From an uncultured Bdellovibrio sp. (GTDB taxonomy: Bacteria; Bdellovibrionota; Bdellovibrionia; Bdellovibrionales; Bdellovibrionaceae), in contig CAWVRN010000006.1 of assembly GCA_963932905.1 (NCBI GenBank), positions 32,001 to 96,000 on the forward strand: a stretch of 64,000 nt of DNA, written 5' to 3'. Positions 1 to 10,037 of this stretch are shown here, one piece after another. Made by a program: the position numbers and the translations under genes. Positions within the stretch are counted from its first letter, which is position 1. The number at the start of each line of letters is the position of its first letter. A model generated the notes under the pieces. The model did not search any database, was not told the DNA's origin, and saw only the letters and a list, made by a program, of their open reading frames with translations.

Positions 1-382
1 TTAATAACCAACTAGAACGCGTGATCGCACCCAAATTATGTGGATCTTCGACTCCATCTAAAAATAGGAGAAGACTTTTCTCCCCTATATTATTTTCATT
101 AAATTCAGGACGGTCCTTGGCCCAAGCTAAGCAGTTCTGGTGATTTTGGTAAAGTCCGTCTAATACCGGCTTTGCCTTTTCTTCCGCTATAAATCTATGT
201 TTTTTGGACATTTCAATAATGAATGTCTTTAGCGGAGCCTGAGTTTCTTTAGTGTAGATTATTTTTGAAATGTGAGAAGGATTTACTTTTAGCGCTTCTT
301 GAATCGCGTGCGTTCCAGCAATCAGCCTCTCAGAATTATTTACTGATGGTCGTGAAGGCCGATCAGTTCTCTTTTTGTTCAC
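1..382 (-). CDS. TrmH/SpoU-family (RlmB-like) RNA 2'-O-methyltransferase, 5' part; runs off the window start
   Basis: Not in the ORF track. Manual translation of the minus strand from GTG at 382 is open to base 1. It reads ...IAGTHAIQEALK... and ...LLFLDGVEDPHNLGAITRSSW..., the SpoU motif 1 (D-x-x-x-D-P-x-N-x-G-A-x-x-R). Confidence 0.85.
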   Translation of the reverse strand, partial: MNKKRTDRPSRPSVNNSERLIAGTHAIQEALKVNPSHISKIIYTKETQAPLKTFIIEMSKKHRFIAEEKAKPVLDGLYQNHQNCLAWAKDRPEFNENNIGEKSLLLFLDGVEDPHNLGAITRSSWLL

Positions 383-857
383 AAGTGTATCCTGACTTTT
401 CAATAGTCGTTTTCATTTTTTCAAAAACAGATTCGCATACTGTTTTACCATTGTTCTGACGAGCTTGTGATTTTGTAGCCCCCGCTTTCATGTAGAACAG
501 CTCACAACCCTGGCCTTTATATTCAATATATAGCTCACGAATTTCATTTCCATTTTTGCATATCACACTTTTCTGTGGACCGTTTGTTGATGGCATTGGC
601 GGCGCTGCGGGTGTGGCGACTGAATTCGGAGCCGCATCAGCCGACTTTTGCACCGGAGCTTTTTCGTGGGCTTTATTCTGAGTTTGTGTCGTGTGCGACT
701 GAGGGTGTTTTTGGTTTCTACGTTCGTATTCCATACGCGCTTTGATTTTCAAATCGTCAGAGCGAGTTGTTCCCAATTGAGAATCTTGCGCATTAACTGA
801 ACTGGCGTGGGTTACTAAAAACACTAATGTAAATAATAAAATGTATTTCATTTTCAT
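363..857 (-). CDS. Secreted hypothetical protein with a Q/T/P/A-rich linker and a C-terminal four-Cys domain
   Basis: Signal peptide (MKMKYILLFTLVFLVTHASSVNA). Packed tightly between the S1 gene and the methyltransferase gene. Confidence 0.7.
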   Translation of the reverse strand: MKMKYILLFTLVFLVTHASSVNAQDSQLGTTRSDDLKIKARMEYERRNQKHPQSHTTQTQNKAHEKAPVQKSADAAPNSVATPAAPPMPSTNGPQKSVICKNGNEIRELYIEYKGQGCELFYMKAGATKSQARQNNGKTVCESVFEKMKTTIEKSGYTCEQKEN

Positions 858-859
858 TC

Positions 860-2074
860 CTATTTTTTCTTTGTTCCTGTTTGTGCCTTAGCTAGTAAAT
901 CACCGAATGTTCCTAAACCCTTTTTAGGAGCAGCGTTTGAGGCTGTGTGCTGCTTCCATGACTCATCGATTTCTTCAGACGCCAATGCTAGCAATACTTT
1001 GCGACCAACGGGATCGATTTGTTCGATCTGTAAATCTAAAACATCACCTTTATTTTTGTTGTCATAACTTTTCGCATCGGCCGAATCGCGCCATTTTGAG
1101 CGAGGGAATAGACCGTTGATTCCCGGCACAACAGTGACGAAATATCCAAACACTTCTTTTTTCTCGACGATACCTTTGATTTTAGTTCCTACCGGATAAT
1201 TCTTTTCAAACTCAACCCACGGATCGATCGCAGTTCCACCTTCTTTAATTGAAAGGGAAATTTTCATGCGATCACTATCATCAATTTTTAAAATTTTAGC
1301 TTGAACCGATTGCCCCACAGAAACAACGTCAGCTGGATTTTGCACGCGGCCCCAGGCTAGTTCAGAGACATGAACAAGACCTTCGACACCCGGTTGAATT
1401 TCTACAAAAGCACCATAGCGTTCTACTTTTGTGATACGGCCAGTGATAACATCGCCCACTTTGTATTTTTGCAAGAAAGTACCTTCGTTTTCGGCTTTTT
1501 GAAGATCTAAAATACGACGTCGGGACACTACGATATTTCGACCATTATTTTCAAACTGCGTGATCAGAAATTCAAACTTTTTATTTAAGTAAACTGTTTG
1601 ATCTGCCTCTGGTTTTGTGTCGATTTGACTGACCGGGCAGAACGCCAATTTTTTCTGTATTTCAACTCGGAAGCCGCCCTTTACGATCTCAGTCACTCGG
1701 CCCTCAACAGGGATTTCCATATCGAATGCATCTTCTAGCGTATCTGTCGCCGACGCGGACATTCGAGCTGATTTGTAGCGAAGAAGAATTTCGTCGTGAG
1801 TTACGCGAACGACGACGACTTCGATAACATCGCCCACTTTGTGAGTGATTTGCTTATCTTCATTTAAAAGTTCTGCCTTTGGCAAAACCCCGTCCATTGG
1901 AGTCCCTGTCGAAACGAACACAGAGTCACCATGAAGAGATACGATTTCGCCGCGGAATTCATCGCCTTTTTTAAGTTTGCGCGTTCCTGCCGTCATTGAT
2001 TGTTCAAACATCGAAGCAAAATCACCGTCATTTACTTTAATTTCATCACCGAATGCATCACGTTTTGTTGTCAT
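860..2074 (-). CDS. S1 RNA-binding domain protein (short ribosomal protein S1-like, about 4 S1 repeats)
   Basis: S1 repeats such as GRITKVERYGAFVEIQPGVEGLVHVSEL, N-terminal DFASMFE, and C-terminal GTFGDLL tail typical of RpsA-like proteins. Confidence 0.85.
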   Translation of the reverse strand: MTTKRDAFGDEIKVNDGDFASMFEQSMTAGTRKLKKGDEFRGEIVSLHGDSVFVSTGTPMDGVLPKAELLNEDKQITHKVGDVIEVVVVRVTHDEILLRYKSARMSASATDTLEDAFDMEIPVEGRVTEIVKGGFRVEIQKKLAFCPVSQIDTKPEADQTVYLNKKFEFLITQFENNGRNIVVSRRRILDLQKAENEGTFLQKYKVGDVITGRITKVERYGAFVEIQPGVEGLVHVSELAWGRVQNPADVVSVGQSVQAKILKIDDSDRMKISLSIKEGGTAIDPWVEFEKNYPVGTKIKGIVEKKEVFGYFVTVVPGINGLFPRSKWRDSADAKSYDNKNKGDVLDLQIEQIDPVGRKVLLALASEEIDESWKQHTASNAAPKKGLGTFGDLLAKAQTGTKKK

Positions 2075-2195
2075 AATTCCTTCTTTATCTATTCAATATT
2101 TTTAAACTTTACTTTTATGCCAGTAGTGTTTTTTACGCCCTGGCATCTTTTCCAAGCCAGCTACTTTGGGCCGCCGGCGCTGTTTACATTGCAAC

Positions 2196-3938
2196 TTACG
2201 CTTTTTTAAGCGGAATTTTTTCTATGATGTAGCTGATGATTTGTCCTTCTGGGACCTTGCTCAGCGTTTTTGTTTTTCGCTCGACAACTTCGACCTCACC
2301 GCCTTCTAGTGTTTTAGCGCCGAAGTTGATTCTAAATGGCATACCCAAAAGATCTGCGTCCTTGAACTTAAAGCCCGGGCGCTCATCACGATCATCCAAT
2401 AGGACATCGTAGCCCATTTGAGTAAGCTTGTTGTAGGTTTCGTGCGCTTTCCTAGACACGTTTTCATCTTTTAAATCTAGCAAACAGATATGCACCTGGA
2501 ATGGAGCAATCGCTACTGGCCAGATGATGCCGTCAGCATCGTGCATCTGTTCGATAATCGCTTGAACTGTACGCGATATGCCGATACCGTAGCAGCCCAT
2601 TTCAAATGGTTGTGCTTTTCCGTTTTTATCCAAGAAGGTCGCTTTCATTTTTTCAGAGTATTTTCGGCCTAAATAAAATACGTGACCAACTTCAATACCG
2701 CGGAAGGCTTCTAATTTGCCGTTGCTCCTAGGGCATTTGTCACCCGCTCGTGCCATACGTAAATCCGCGGTCGCTTTCGGAGTGAAATCTGTGCCGTGAT
2801 TTACATTTTTAAAATGGAATCCATCTTCATTCGCGCCAACGATATAGTTTTTTAAACCGCTTACGCCATTGTCCATGTACACCGGAATTGACAAGCCTAC
2901 TGGGCCGCACGAACCCGGGTTTGCACCCGTGACTTCTTTGACCTCAGCATCAGTTAACATCAATGGGTCGTTGGGCAAGCCCAGGATTTTTTTAAGTTTC
3001 GTTGGGTTTAGCTCGTCAGAACCACGCAGTAATACCGCTACTGGTTTTAAAGCTTTGTCGCGTGGATCAAGACCTGAGTTCGCAGAGAAGAACAGTGTTT
3101 TAACTAATTCTTTTTCTGGCTGACCCGTGAAAGACGCAAGGTCTTTGATTGTTTTTTGGTTAGGAGTAGCGAATTTTTCTTTTGCAAGTGGTGCTGCATT
3201 TGAAACATGAGGAACGGCATCGATCGCTGGGCAAACTTCTATATTCGCTGCGAAATCTGACGAATCAGATACTAACAACGCGTCTTCGCCCGCGTCCGCA
3301 AGCAATTGGAATTCGTGAGTTTGTGAACCGCCGATATTTCCCGCGTCGGCTTCTACAATACGGTACTTAGCACCTAAACGATCAAAGATCGCTTGGTAGC
3401 CTTCGTACATGGCTTGGTACGCTTTCAATGCACCATCACGATCCATATCGAATGAATAGGCATCTTTCATGATGAATTCGCGTCCGCGCATCAGTCCAAA
3501 ACGCGGTCTGATTTCATCGCGGTACTTAGTTTGGATTTGGTATAGATTACGTGGCAAATCTTTATAAGATTTTAAATCATTACGAACGTAGTCCGTAATT
3601 GCTTCTTCGTGAGTGGCGCCTAAGCAAAACCATTTGTCGTTGCGGTTTTTAAGACGCATTAGACCTGGGCCCATCTCGTCCCAACGGTTCGTTTCCTGCC
3701 ATAATTCTTTTGGATGAAGCGCCGGCATTAGAACTTCTTGAGCTCCCCGTTTTTCAAGTTCTTCACGTACGATCGCTTCGAATTTACGAATCGCCTTTAG
3801 CGCCAGAGTTCCGTATGTGAAAATACCGGGATCTAGTTTTTTGATCATTCCTGAGCGGATCATTAGCTTGTGCGATGGAATTTCCGCATCGTTTGGTGCT
3901 TCTTTTAGGGTGTATAAGTGGCTTTTTGACCATTTCAT
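2196..3938 (-). CDS. proS: Proline--tRNA ligase (bacterial type with editing domain)
   Basis: Motifs QIQTKYRDEIRPRFGLMRGREFIMKDAYSF, GIEVGHVFYLG, MGCYGIG and DDRDERPGFKFKDADLLG. Confidence 0.98.
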   Translation of the reverse strand: MKWSKSHLYTLKEAPNDAEIPSHKLMIRSGMIKKLDPGIFTYGTLALKAIRKFEAIVREELEKRGAQEVLMPALHPKELWQETNRWDEMGPGLMRLKNRNDKWFCLGATHEEAITDYVRNDLKSYKDLPRNLYQIQTKYRDEIRPRFGLMRGREFIMKDAYSFDMDRDGALKAYQAMYEGYQAIFDRLGAKYRIVEADAGNIGGSQTHEFQLLADAGEDALLVSDSSDFAANIEVCPAIDAVPHVSNAAPLAKEKFATPNQKTIKDLASFTGQPEKELVKTLFFSANSGLDPRDKALKPVAVLLRGSDELNPTKLKKILGLPNDPLMLTDAEVKEVTGANPGSCGPVGLSIPVYMDNGVSGLKNYIVGANEDGFHFKNVNHGTDFTPKATADLRMARAGDKCPRSNGKLEAFRGIEVGHVFYLGRKYSEKMKATFLDKNGKAQPFEMGCYGIGISRTVQAIIEQMHDADGIIWPVAIAPFQVHICLLDLKDENVSRKAHETYNKLTQMGYDVLLDDRDERPGFKFKDADLLGMPFRINFGAKTLEGGEVEVVERKTKTLSKVPEGQIISYIIEKIPLKKA

Positions 3939-5281
3939 GAATTAACCTCAATTCCGTAAGATTTAATTTTTCTATGCAAGTAGCTGCGCTCTAAACCAAT
4001 CACTTCGGCTGTTTTAGAGATGTTGCCACCGTTTTCTTTGATTTTCTGTATTAAGTATTCTTTTTCAAACTGCGCGCGGGCATCACGGAACGTAGTCATT
4101 GCTGCGGTGGCGGACTTGCTAACATCCTCAAGACCCGCGAACTTCACGTCGTGCACGTCGATGTATTCAAGTGGCGTAAGGATGTAAACCCGTTCTACAA
4201 AGTTTTTAAGTTCGCGTACGTTTCCAGGCCATGCGTATTCCTGCATAAGCTGTATGGCTTTCTCAGAGAACACTTTTTTAGTTTCGCCACTTTCACGAGC
4301 GAAGCTGTCGCTAAAATACGATACTAACGTAGGAATGTCTGTTGCGCGCTCGCGTAAGGCAGGAACGCGGAACGGCACCGTCTGCAACATCAGATAAAAG
4401 TCTTCACGGAATTTGCTTTGCCGAACCAGTTCACCCAAATCTTGAGTCGTAGAGGCTAAAATGCGAACGTCCGAAAGGATTTCTTCCTTGCCCCCGAAGC
4501 GTTGGAATTTTTTCTCTTTCAATAACTTTAAAAGCTTCATTTGAACAAACGGTGGGACTTCTTGAATTTCTTCAAGGTACAAAGTTCCACCTTGAGCCAA
4601 TTCGATTTTACCTCGACGAGTTTTATGAACGCCTGGGTATGCATCTTTTTCGATACCAAACAATTCGCCTTCGATCAGCTCTTCAGAAACCGAAGCGCAA
4701 TTGAATTCGATGAAGGGTTGGCTGGCGCGGGGGCTAAAATAGTGTATGTTTTGCGCCACAAGATTTTTACCAGCGCCATTTTCGCCGTTTACTAGACACC
4801 AAGTGCTGGCCGGAGCTAACTGGCTGATCATTTGTTTTAATGATTTTACGTTGTCCGCATCACCTACAATCGCAAGGCTCTTACGTAGTTTGTTTAACAA
4901 CGCGGTTTTCTCTTCTTTTTCGTTTAAGAAGTTTTTTAGATTGTTCAACGTGATTACGATTTTATCGATCGAAAGTGGTTTTTCGATAAAGTCATAAGCA
5001 CCAAGTTTAGTGGATTTTACGGCTGTTTCGATCGTTCCGTGACCCGAGATCATAATAAATTCGATTTGAGAGAATTTTTGGCGGGCTTGTTTTAAAGTTT
5101 CAATACCATCCATGCCTGGCATCCAGATATCTAGGAAAACAATCTGTGGGGCGTCAGTTTGCATTTTCATCAAACCTTCTTCGCCATTGGCTGCAGTATC
5201 TACTTGGTAACCTTCGTCGCGAAGGGAAGCACTTAGGACATCACGTATCGGTTTTTCGTCGTCGACAATTAGAATTTTCAT
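3935..5281 (-). CDS. NtrX-like response regulator (REC + AAA+ + Fis-type HTH)
   Basis: REC (ILIVDDE, LDIWMP), AAA+ (WPGNVRELKN) and HTH (NISKTAEVIGLERSYLHRKIK). Lies directly downstream of the NtrY-like kinase. Confidence 0.88.
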   Translation of the reverse strand: MKILIVDDEKPIRDVLSASLRDEGYQVDTAANGEEGLMKMQTDAPQIVFLDIWMPGMDGIETLKQARQKFSQIEFIMISGHGTIETAVKSTKLGAYDFIEKPLSIDKIVITLNNLKNFLNEKEEKTALLNKLRKSLAIVGDADNVKSLKQMISQLAPASTWCLVNGENGAGKNLVAQNIHYFSPRASQPFIEFNCASVSEELIEGELFGIEKDAYPGVHKTRRGKIELAQGGTLYLEEIQEVPPFVQMKLLKLLKEKKFQRFGGKEEILSDVRILASTTQDLGELVRQSKFREDFYLMLQTVPFRVPALRERATDIPTLVSYFSDSFARESGETKKVFSEKAIQLMQEYAWPGNVRELKNFVERVYILTPLEYIDVHDVKFAGLEDVSKSATAAMTTFRDARAQFEKEYLIQKIKENGGNISKTAEVIGLERSYLHRKIKSYGIEVNS

Positions 5282-5300
5282 ATTCTAACTTATGACCCAT

Positions 5301-7550
5301 TTAGATAGGAAATTCAATGATCATCTTGGTGCCGTAGGGAGAATTGGGACTTACGCGGATGAACCCGTTATGGTCTTCTACCGTACGTTTCACGATGGCA
5401 AGGCCCAACCCCGATCCCGATTCTTTTGTACTGAAGTAGGGCTCGAAAATACGCGCCATTTGCGTCGACGGAATCCCTGATCCATTGTCCGACACAATAA
5501 TTTTTGCGATTTTCAAGTCACGGTTAAAATCGGTATTGATTTGAATCAAGCCCTCGCGGTCTTTTGGCAACGCCGCAATAGAGTTATCGACCAAGTTTAC
5601 CACCACGCGCTGGATTTGTTCGTGGTCAAAACTGAATTCTGGGATTTCAGGATTGTAATGCTCTTCAAACTGAACATGAGAATGAGCCGCTTTAAATAAT
5701 TTCAACGAGTCTTGCACAACTTGATTTAAATTTCCCACCACCGAGCGTTTTTGAGGTAAACGTGCGAACTGTGAAAATTCATTAACAAGTTTTTTCATTT
5801 GATCTACTTGATTCACGATCATTGAGGTGCATTCCAAAAATGCCGGGTCCGAAATGTCGTTAGCAAATTTTCTTTGTAGACGTTCTGCAGACAATTTGAT
5901 CGGAGTCAGAGGATTTTTAATTTCATGAGCAATACGTCGAGCCACTTCAGTCCAAGCTTGAGAACGTTGTGCTGTCTGAATATCCGTTAAATCGTCAAAT
6001 ACCAAAATCTTACCGATTTCGTGGTCACGCTCGTCTTTCAACAATGACAAACTGATCATCAATGGAAGAACCTCTCCGTTAAGATTCACCTGAAATTCTT
6101 TTTGGATCGATTCCATTTTGAACGTGCTCATTTGTTTTAGCAAATCAGAGAAAATACGAAATTGTTCTAACGTCAAAAGTTCACGCACCGATCGATTAAT
6201 AAATTTTTGTTCATCAATCTTTAACAATTTAGCCGCGTGTTGATTGATCGTAGTGATTCTGCCCGACTTATCCACAGAGATAACCCCAGCAGATACATTT
6301 TTAAGCACGACTTCGATATAGGAAAGTGTTTCATGCAAGCTGTTATTGGCCGAGCGCGCTTCGTTCACCGACTTTTCCAACTGACTGGTCATGCGATTGA
6401 AACTAGAAACCAGTTGAGCCATCTCTTCGGAACCCGTATTGACCGAGATCTGCGTATACTCACCTTGCGCGATCAGTGATGTAGCCTTACCCAACTGAAC
6501 CAGCGGTATCGAGAGCTGCTTGGCCAAGTGGAATCCAAACCAAATCGCGGCCATCAGGATTACCATCGTTATCAAAATTAAAATAATTAAATATATAGAT
6601 TTCAGTGGGTATTCGAGAGGATTAATATCTCGAAATTCATCATACGCACTGGCTACGTCATTCATCCTAGATATCAAAGAGAGCGGAACAAACGACGACA
6701 CTACCACGGCCCCTTTGTCAGCCCCTTCTTGAATCGGCACAATAACTCTAACCAAATTCCCCTCTCCAAATTGATGGATGGTCGAGCTCTCGACCTGATT
6801 CTTGATCCCCTTCTGCAGGAAGTCCAAGGAAACTTTCGGTATATCATCGACCTGAGCATTTTCCAGCGTTGTTAAAATACGATCACCAAAGATGCCGGGG
6901 TAAAACTCAATCGCGTCAACCAAGTATTCTTGCTGCAACGTTTTTATTTTTTTCAAAATTGTTTTGCGATCATTCATATTACGAATGTAGCGTGCAACTT
7001 CGTGAGCAAAATGATAGTTTTTTTTCTTTTCATTGAAGTAATAAAAGTTTTGAACTTCGAGAGAACTTTTTAAAACACCCACCATCTTGACGCTGAACCA
7101 TTTATCGAAACTGGAATTGATATAGAATACCGAAATAATGAAAATCAGAAACGTCGGGATGGCACTGAATGACACGAACGAAGCGATTAATTTTGCTTTC
7201 AGGCTGCTACCAAAAATACCACTTCGCCGTTCAACGAAAACCTTCATGATGTTTCGGAAGATCAGGAATATTAACAACAAAAGGATCAGGATATTAAAGT
7301 TAACTAAACCGAAGAAGAAAATACTATGAACAAACGGCAGCTGCTGAGACGTCGAGAAGAGACGGATTTCAAACCACGTTAAAAAAACAAAAATAACCGA
7401 CAAAATGAAAACGATAAATATTTCGCGTTTTCGTTTGCGAATTTCCTTAGAAACCGCGCCGGCGATTTGCGAAGGATCAAACAGCAGACCTTTGATATTG
7501 TCGTACCGAGATGAATCTTCAGAGTTTGTTTTTTTGTTTTCGTTGGACAT
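5301..7550 (-). CDS. NtrY-like membrane sensor histidine kinase (TM, HAMP, PAS, HisKA, HATPase)
   Basis: H-box AWTEVARRIAHEIKNPLTPIKLSAERL, characteristic of NtrY. Also DNGSGI, FEPYFSTK and GSGLGL, plus several N-terminal TM helices. Confidence 0.9.
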   Translation of the reverse strand: MSNENKKTNSEDSSRYDNIKGLLFDPSQIAGAVSKEIRKRKREIFIVFILSVIFVFLTWFEIRLFSTSQQLPFVHSIFFFGLVNFNILILLLLIFLIFRNIMKVFVERRSGIFGSSLKAKLIASFVSFSAIPTFLIFIISVFYINSSFDKWFSVKMVGVLKSSLEVQNFYYFNEKKKNYHFAHEVARYIRNMNDRKTILKKIKTLQQEYLVDAIEFYPGIFGDRILTTLENAQVDDIPKVSLDFLQKGIKNQVESSTIHQFGEGNLVRVIVPIQEGADKGAVVVSSFVPLSLISRMNDVASAYDEFRDINPLEYPLKSIYLIILILITMVILMAAIWFGFHLAKQLSIPLVQLGKATSLIAQGEYTQISVNTGSEEMAQLVSSFNRMTSQLEKSVNEARSANNSLHETLSYIEVVLKNVSAGVISVDKSGRITTINQHAAKLLKIDEQKFINRSVRELLTLEQFRIFSDLLKQMSTFKMESIQKEFQVNLNGEVLPLMISLSLLKDERDHEIGKILVFDDLTDIQTAQRSQAWTEVARRIAHEIKNPLTPIKLSAERLQRKFANDISDPAFLECTSMIVNQVDQMKKLVNEFSQFARLPQKRSVVGNLNQVVQDSLKLFKAAHSHVQFEEHYNPEIPEFSFDHEQIQRVVVNLVDNSIAALPKDREGLIQINTDFNRDLKIAKIIVSDNGSGIPSTQMARIFEPYFSTKESGSGLGLAIVKRTVEDHNGFIRVSPNSPYGTKMIIEFPI

Positions 7551-8014
7551 TAATTATTTTTTTTCTTGTTAAGTGATTTACCCAAGCCAATCATTTCCAT
7601 TACCGTCTGAGCGGCATCACGGCCTTTGTGCCCGTGCTTGCCACCTACACGATCTAAAGCTTGCTCTTCGTTTTCTGTAGTTAGGACACCGAACGCAATC
7701 GGTTTGTTTGTTTTTAACATTAATTGAGTGATTCCATCTGTTACACTATTGCAAACATAATCATAGTGGGATGTTTCACCGCGAATGACCGCACCCAGTG
7801 CAACAACTCCATCGAATCCGCGATTTAGTACCCACTGACATGTTAAAGGAATTTCAACTGCACCAGGAACTCGGAACAATTCAATTTGCACGCCGTCACA
7901 TTCTTCTAAATAATCGATGGCACCTTCTTGTAATTTGTCTGTGATTTCTTCGTTAAAGCGCGACACTACCACCGCAACTTTAAATTTGGCTTTTTTTACA
8001 TTTTTAGCTTTCAT
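7550..8014 (-). CDS. ribH: 6,7-dimethyl-8-ribityllumazine synthase
   Basis: Motifs VVSRFN, VPGAVEIP, GAVIRGETSHYDYVC and FGVLTTENEEQA. Confidence 0.97.
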   Translation of the reverse strand: MKAKNVKKAKFKVAVVVSRFNEEITDKLQEGAIDYLEECDGVQIELFRVPGAVEIPLTCQWVLNRGFDGVVALGAVIRGETSHYDYVCNSVTDGITQLMLKTNKPIAFGVLTTENEEQALDRVGGKHGHKGRDAAQTVMEMIGLGKSLNKKKNN

Positions 8015-8103
8015 TATTGGCTCACTTTTGCGCTATGACTTGAACACTGAGTTAACCACAAAATAGTAGTCAAACCAACAAATCCATATAAACTAGCGCG
8101 TAT

Positions 8104-8697
8104 ATGAAACTATACTATTCACCCGCTTCACCATTTGCAAGAAAAGTCAGAATTTCGGCTATTCTATTAGGACTAGAAAACGAAGTTACTTTGGAAACCG
8201 TAGATGTATTTAATGATAATAGCTACTCCGCGGTTAATCCGTTGGTTAAAATACCGACGCTCCAAACACGCGAGGGGTTATTTCTGACCAACTCGCCGTA
8301 TATTGTGGATTATTTAGATTCCCTTTCTTCAACCACAAAAATGATTCCAACCGACGGTTCTCGTTGGCAAGCCTTACAGTTTCAATCGATCGCTGATGGC
8401 ATCATGGACGCAGCCGTTTTACGCCGACTGGAATCGCTACGTTCACCAGACAAGCAAGATTCAAAATTTGATCTGCGACAAAAACAAAAGATCCAAAATG
8501 GAATGCGTTACTTTGAAAGCAATATAGATCTTTTAAAAATGAAGTGGACTGTCAGCGAAATCAGTCTCTGCTGTGCTATTGGATATCTGAACTATCGTTT
8601 TGGCAGTGAAAATTGGTTAGCTGAATATCCAAAATTGAACCACTGGTACACCGAAGCGAACAGACTCGATTGCGTCGCGCGAACCATGGTTAAATAA
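8104..8697 (+). CDS. Glutathione S-transferase family protein
   Basis: N-terminal LYYSPASPFARKVR, then NPLVKIPTL and NSPYIVDYLD, followed by a helical C-domain. Confidence 0.9.
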   Translation: MKLYYSPASPFARKVRISAILLGLENEVTLETVDVFNDNSYSAVNPLVKIPTLQTREGLFLTNSPYIVDYLDSLSSTTKMIPTDGSRWQALQFQSIADGIMDAAVLRRLESLRSPDKQDSKFDLRQKQKIQNGMRYFESNIDLLKMKWTVSEISLCCAIGYLNYRFGSENWLAEYPKLNHWYTEANRLDCVARTMVK

Positions 8698-8713
8698 GAC
8701 ATAGCTAAATAAT

Positions 8714-9370
8714 TTATTTTAAGTTTTCTCGGAAAATTACAAGGTCCCTGATCGTTCCCATTTTGATTCCAAATTTTTGTGAAAATTGGAATAGATCTGG
8801 GACACGGGCCATAGATCCATCATCGTTCATCACTTCACAAATCACCGCCGCAGGATTTAAATCAGATAGCTTAGCCAAATCGACGCCAGCTTCCGTGTGA
8901 CCGTTACGACTTAAAACTCCGTTTTTATTCGCGCGAATTGGGAACATATGCCCCGGCATCTGAATATCTTGTGGACCTGAGTTTGGATTCGAAGCCACTT
9001 TCACGGTGTGTGCACGATCTTGCGCCGAGATTCCAGTCGATACACCACGAGCGGCTTCGATACTAACCGTAAATGCTGTTTTATTTGGTGAAGAGTTCTT
9101 ATCGTCCGATACCATTTGCGGAAGCTGTAAGCGATCCACCTGATCCGGATGCAGCGCTAGGCAAATCAAACCTCGCGCATTTTTAGACATAAAATTGATC
9201 GCCTCAGACGTGATGAAGTCAGCGGCCATGATGATGTCACCTTCATTTTCGCGATCTTCGTCATCAACCAAAATAACCATGCGACCATTTTTAAAATCTG
9301 TCAGGATATCTTGAATAGAGTGAAATTTATTACTAGATGACAACGTCGGATCCCTCATACTTTCTAGCAT
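8714..9370 (-). CDS. ribB: 3,4-dihydroxy-2-butanone-4-phosphate synthase (stand-alone, no RibA domain); start codon uncertain
   Basis: Motifs VDDEDRENEGD, TAFTVSIEA, TGISAQDRA, GHTEAGVDL and CEVMNDDG. Confidence 0.96.
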   Translation of the reverse strand: MLESMRDPTLSSSNKFHSIQDILTDFKNGRMVILVDDEDRENEGDIIMAADFITSEAINFMSKNARGLICLALHPDQVDRLQLPQMVSDDKNSSPNKTAFTVSIEAARGVSTGISAQDRAHTVKVASNPNSGPQDIQMPGHMFPIRANKNGVLSRNGHTEAGVDLAKLSDLNPAAVICEVMNDDGSMARVPDLFQFSQKFGIKMGTIRDLVIFRENLK

Positions 9371-9941
9371 TCAAAAATCCTTTCATAAAGTAATCGCACT
9401 CAAAACTGACTAGATCACCTAGAGATTGCTTTTCTAAATTTGTTTTTTTCAGAGTTTCAGGAATTAAACAAACTGAAAATGAATCAGCATATATCTCGTT
9501 CAATGTCAGGCTAACACCGTTGATGGTGATTGAGCCTTTTTTCCAAAAATATTGGGAAAACCCAGGTGGAGTTTTGAAATCTAAAATTAAACAGTCCCCG
9601 ACGACTTCACGTTTTACTACCGAGGTCGCTCCATCGGCGTGACCGCTAACTAAATGCCCATGAATACGATCACCAAATCGCAACGATCTTTCTAAATTCA
9701 CTAGGCGATCTTGTAAATTTGTTTTATTCCAGCCCATGACTTTTAAAGTTTCAAACCCTAAGGTGAACACTAAGTTTTTCGAGAAATCCTCCACTGTCAA
9801 ACAAACGCCATTGACTGAAATACTATCGCCGATGCGTAGATCGTTGTAAAAATCAGGCTTGGTGATGTGAATAACGATCGAATGATCTTTGTCTTGAGTG
9901 TAGATGATTTTCTGAGTGGATTCGACAATACCGGTGAACAT
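9333..9941 (-). CDS. ribE: Riboflavin synthase (alpha chain)
   Basis: The canonical N-terminus MFTGIVE begins at ATG 9941, so the ORF-track start at 10025 is too long. Also GDSISVNGVCLT, VNLERSL and GHLVSGH. Confidence 0.95.
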   Translation of the reverse strand: MFTGIVESTQKIIYTQDKDHSIVIHITKPDFYNDLRIGDSISVNGVCLTVEDFSKNLVFTLGFETLKVMGWNKTNLQDRLVNLERSLRFGDRIHGHLVSGHADGATSVVKREVVGDCLILDFKTPPGFSQYFWKKGSITINGVSLTLNEIYADSFSVCLIPETLKKTNLEKQSLGDLVSFECDYFMKGFLNARKYEGSDVVI

Positions 9942-10037
9942 GAAGGAGGTTCTATCAAGGCTGGATGCGACTGTCAAAAGAGAGATCGAAGAAAGACCAG
10001 ACAGAGCCTCCATGGCTCCGCCCAATCCAGTTTTAGG

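Noticed and set aside
9942..10037. FMN riboswitch upstream of ribE
   Set aside because: Only about 95 nt, and it lacks the conserved RFN sequence blocks.
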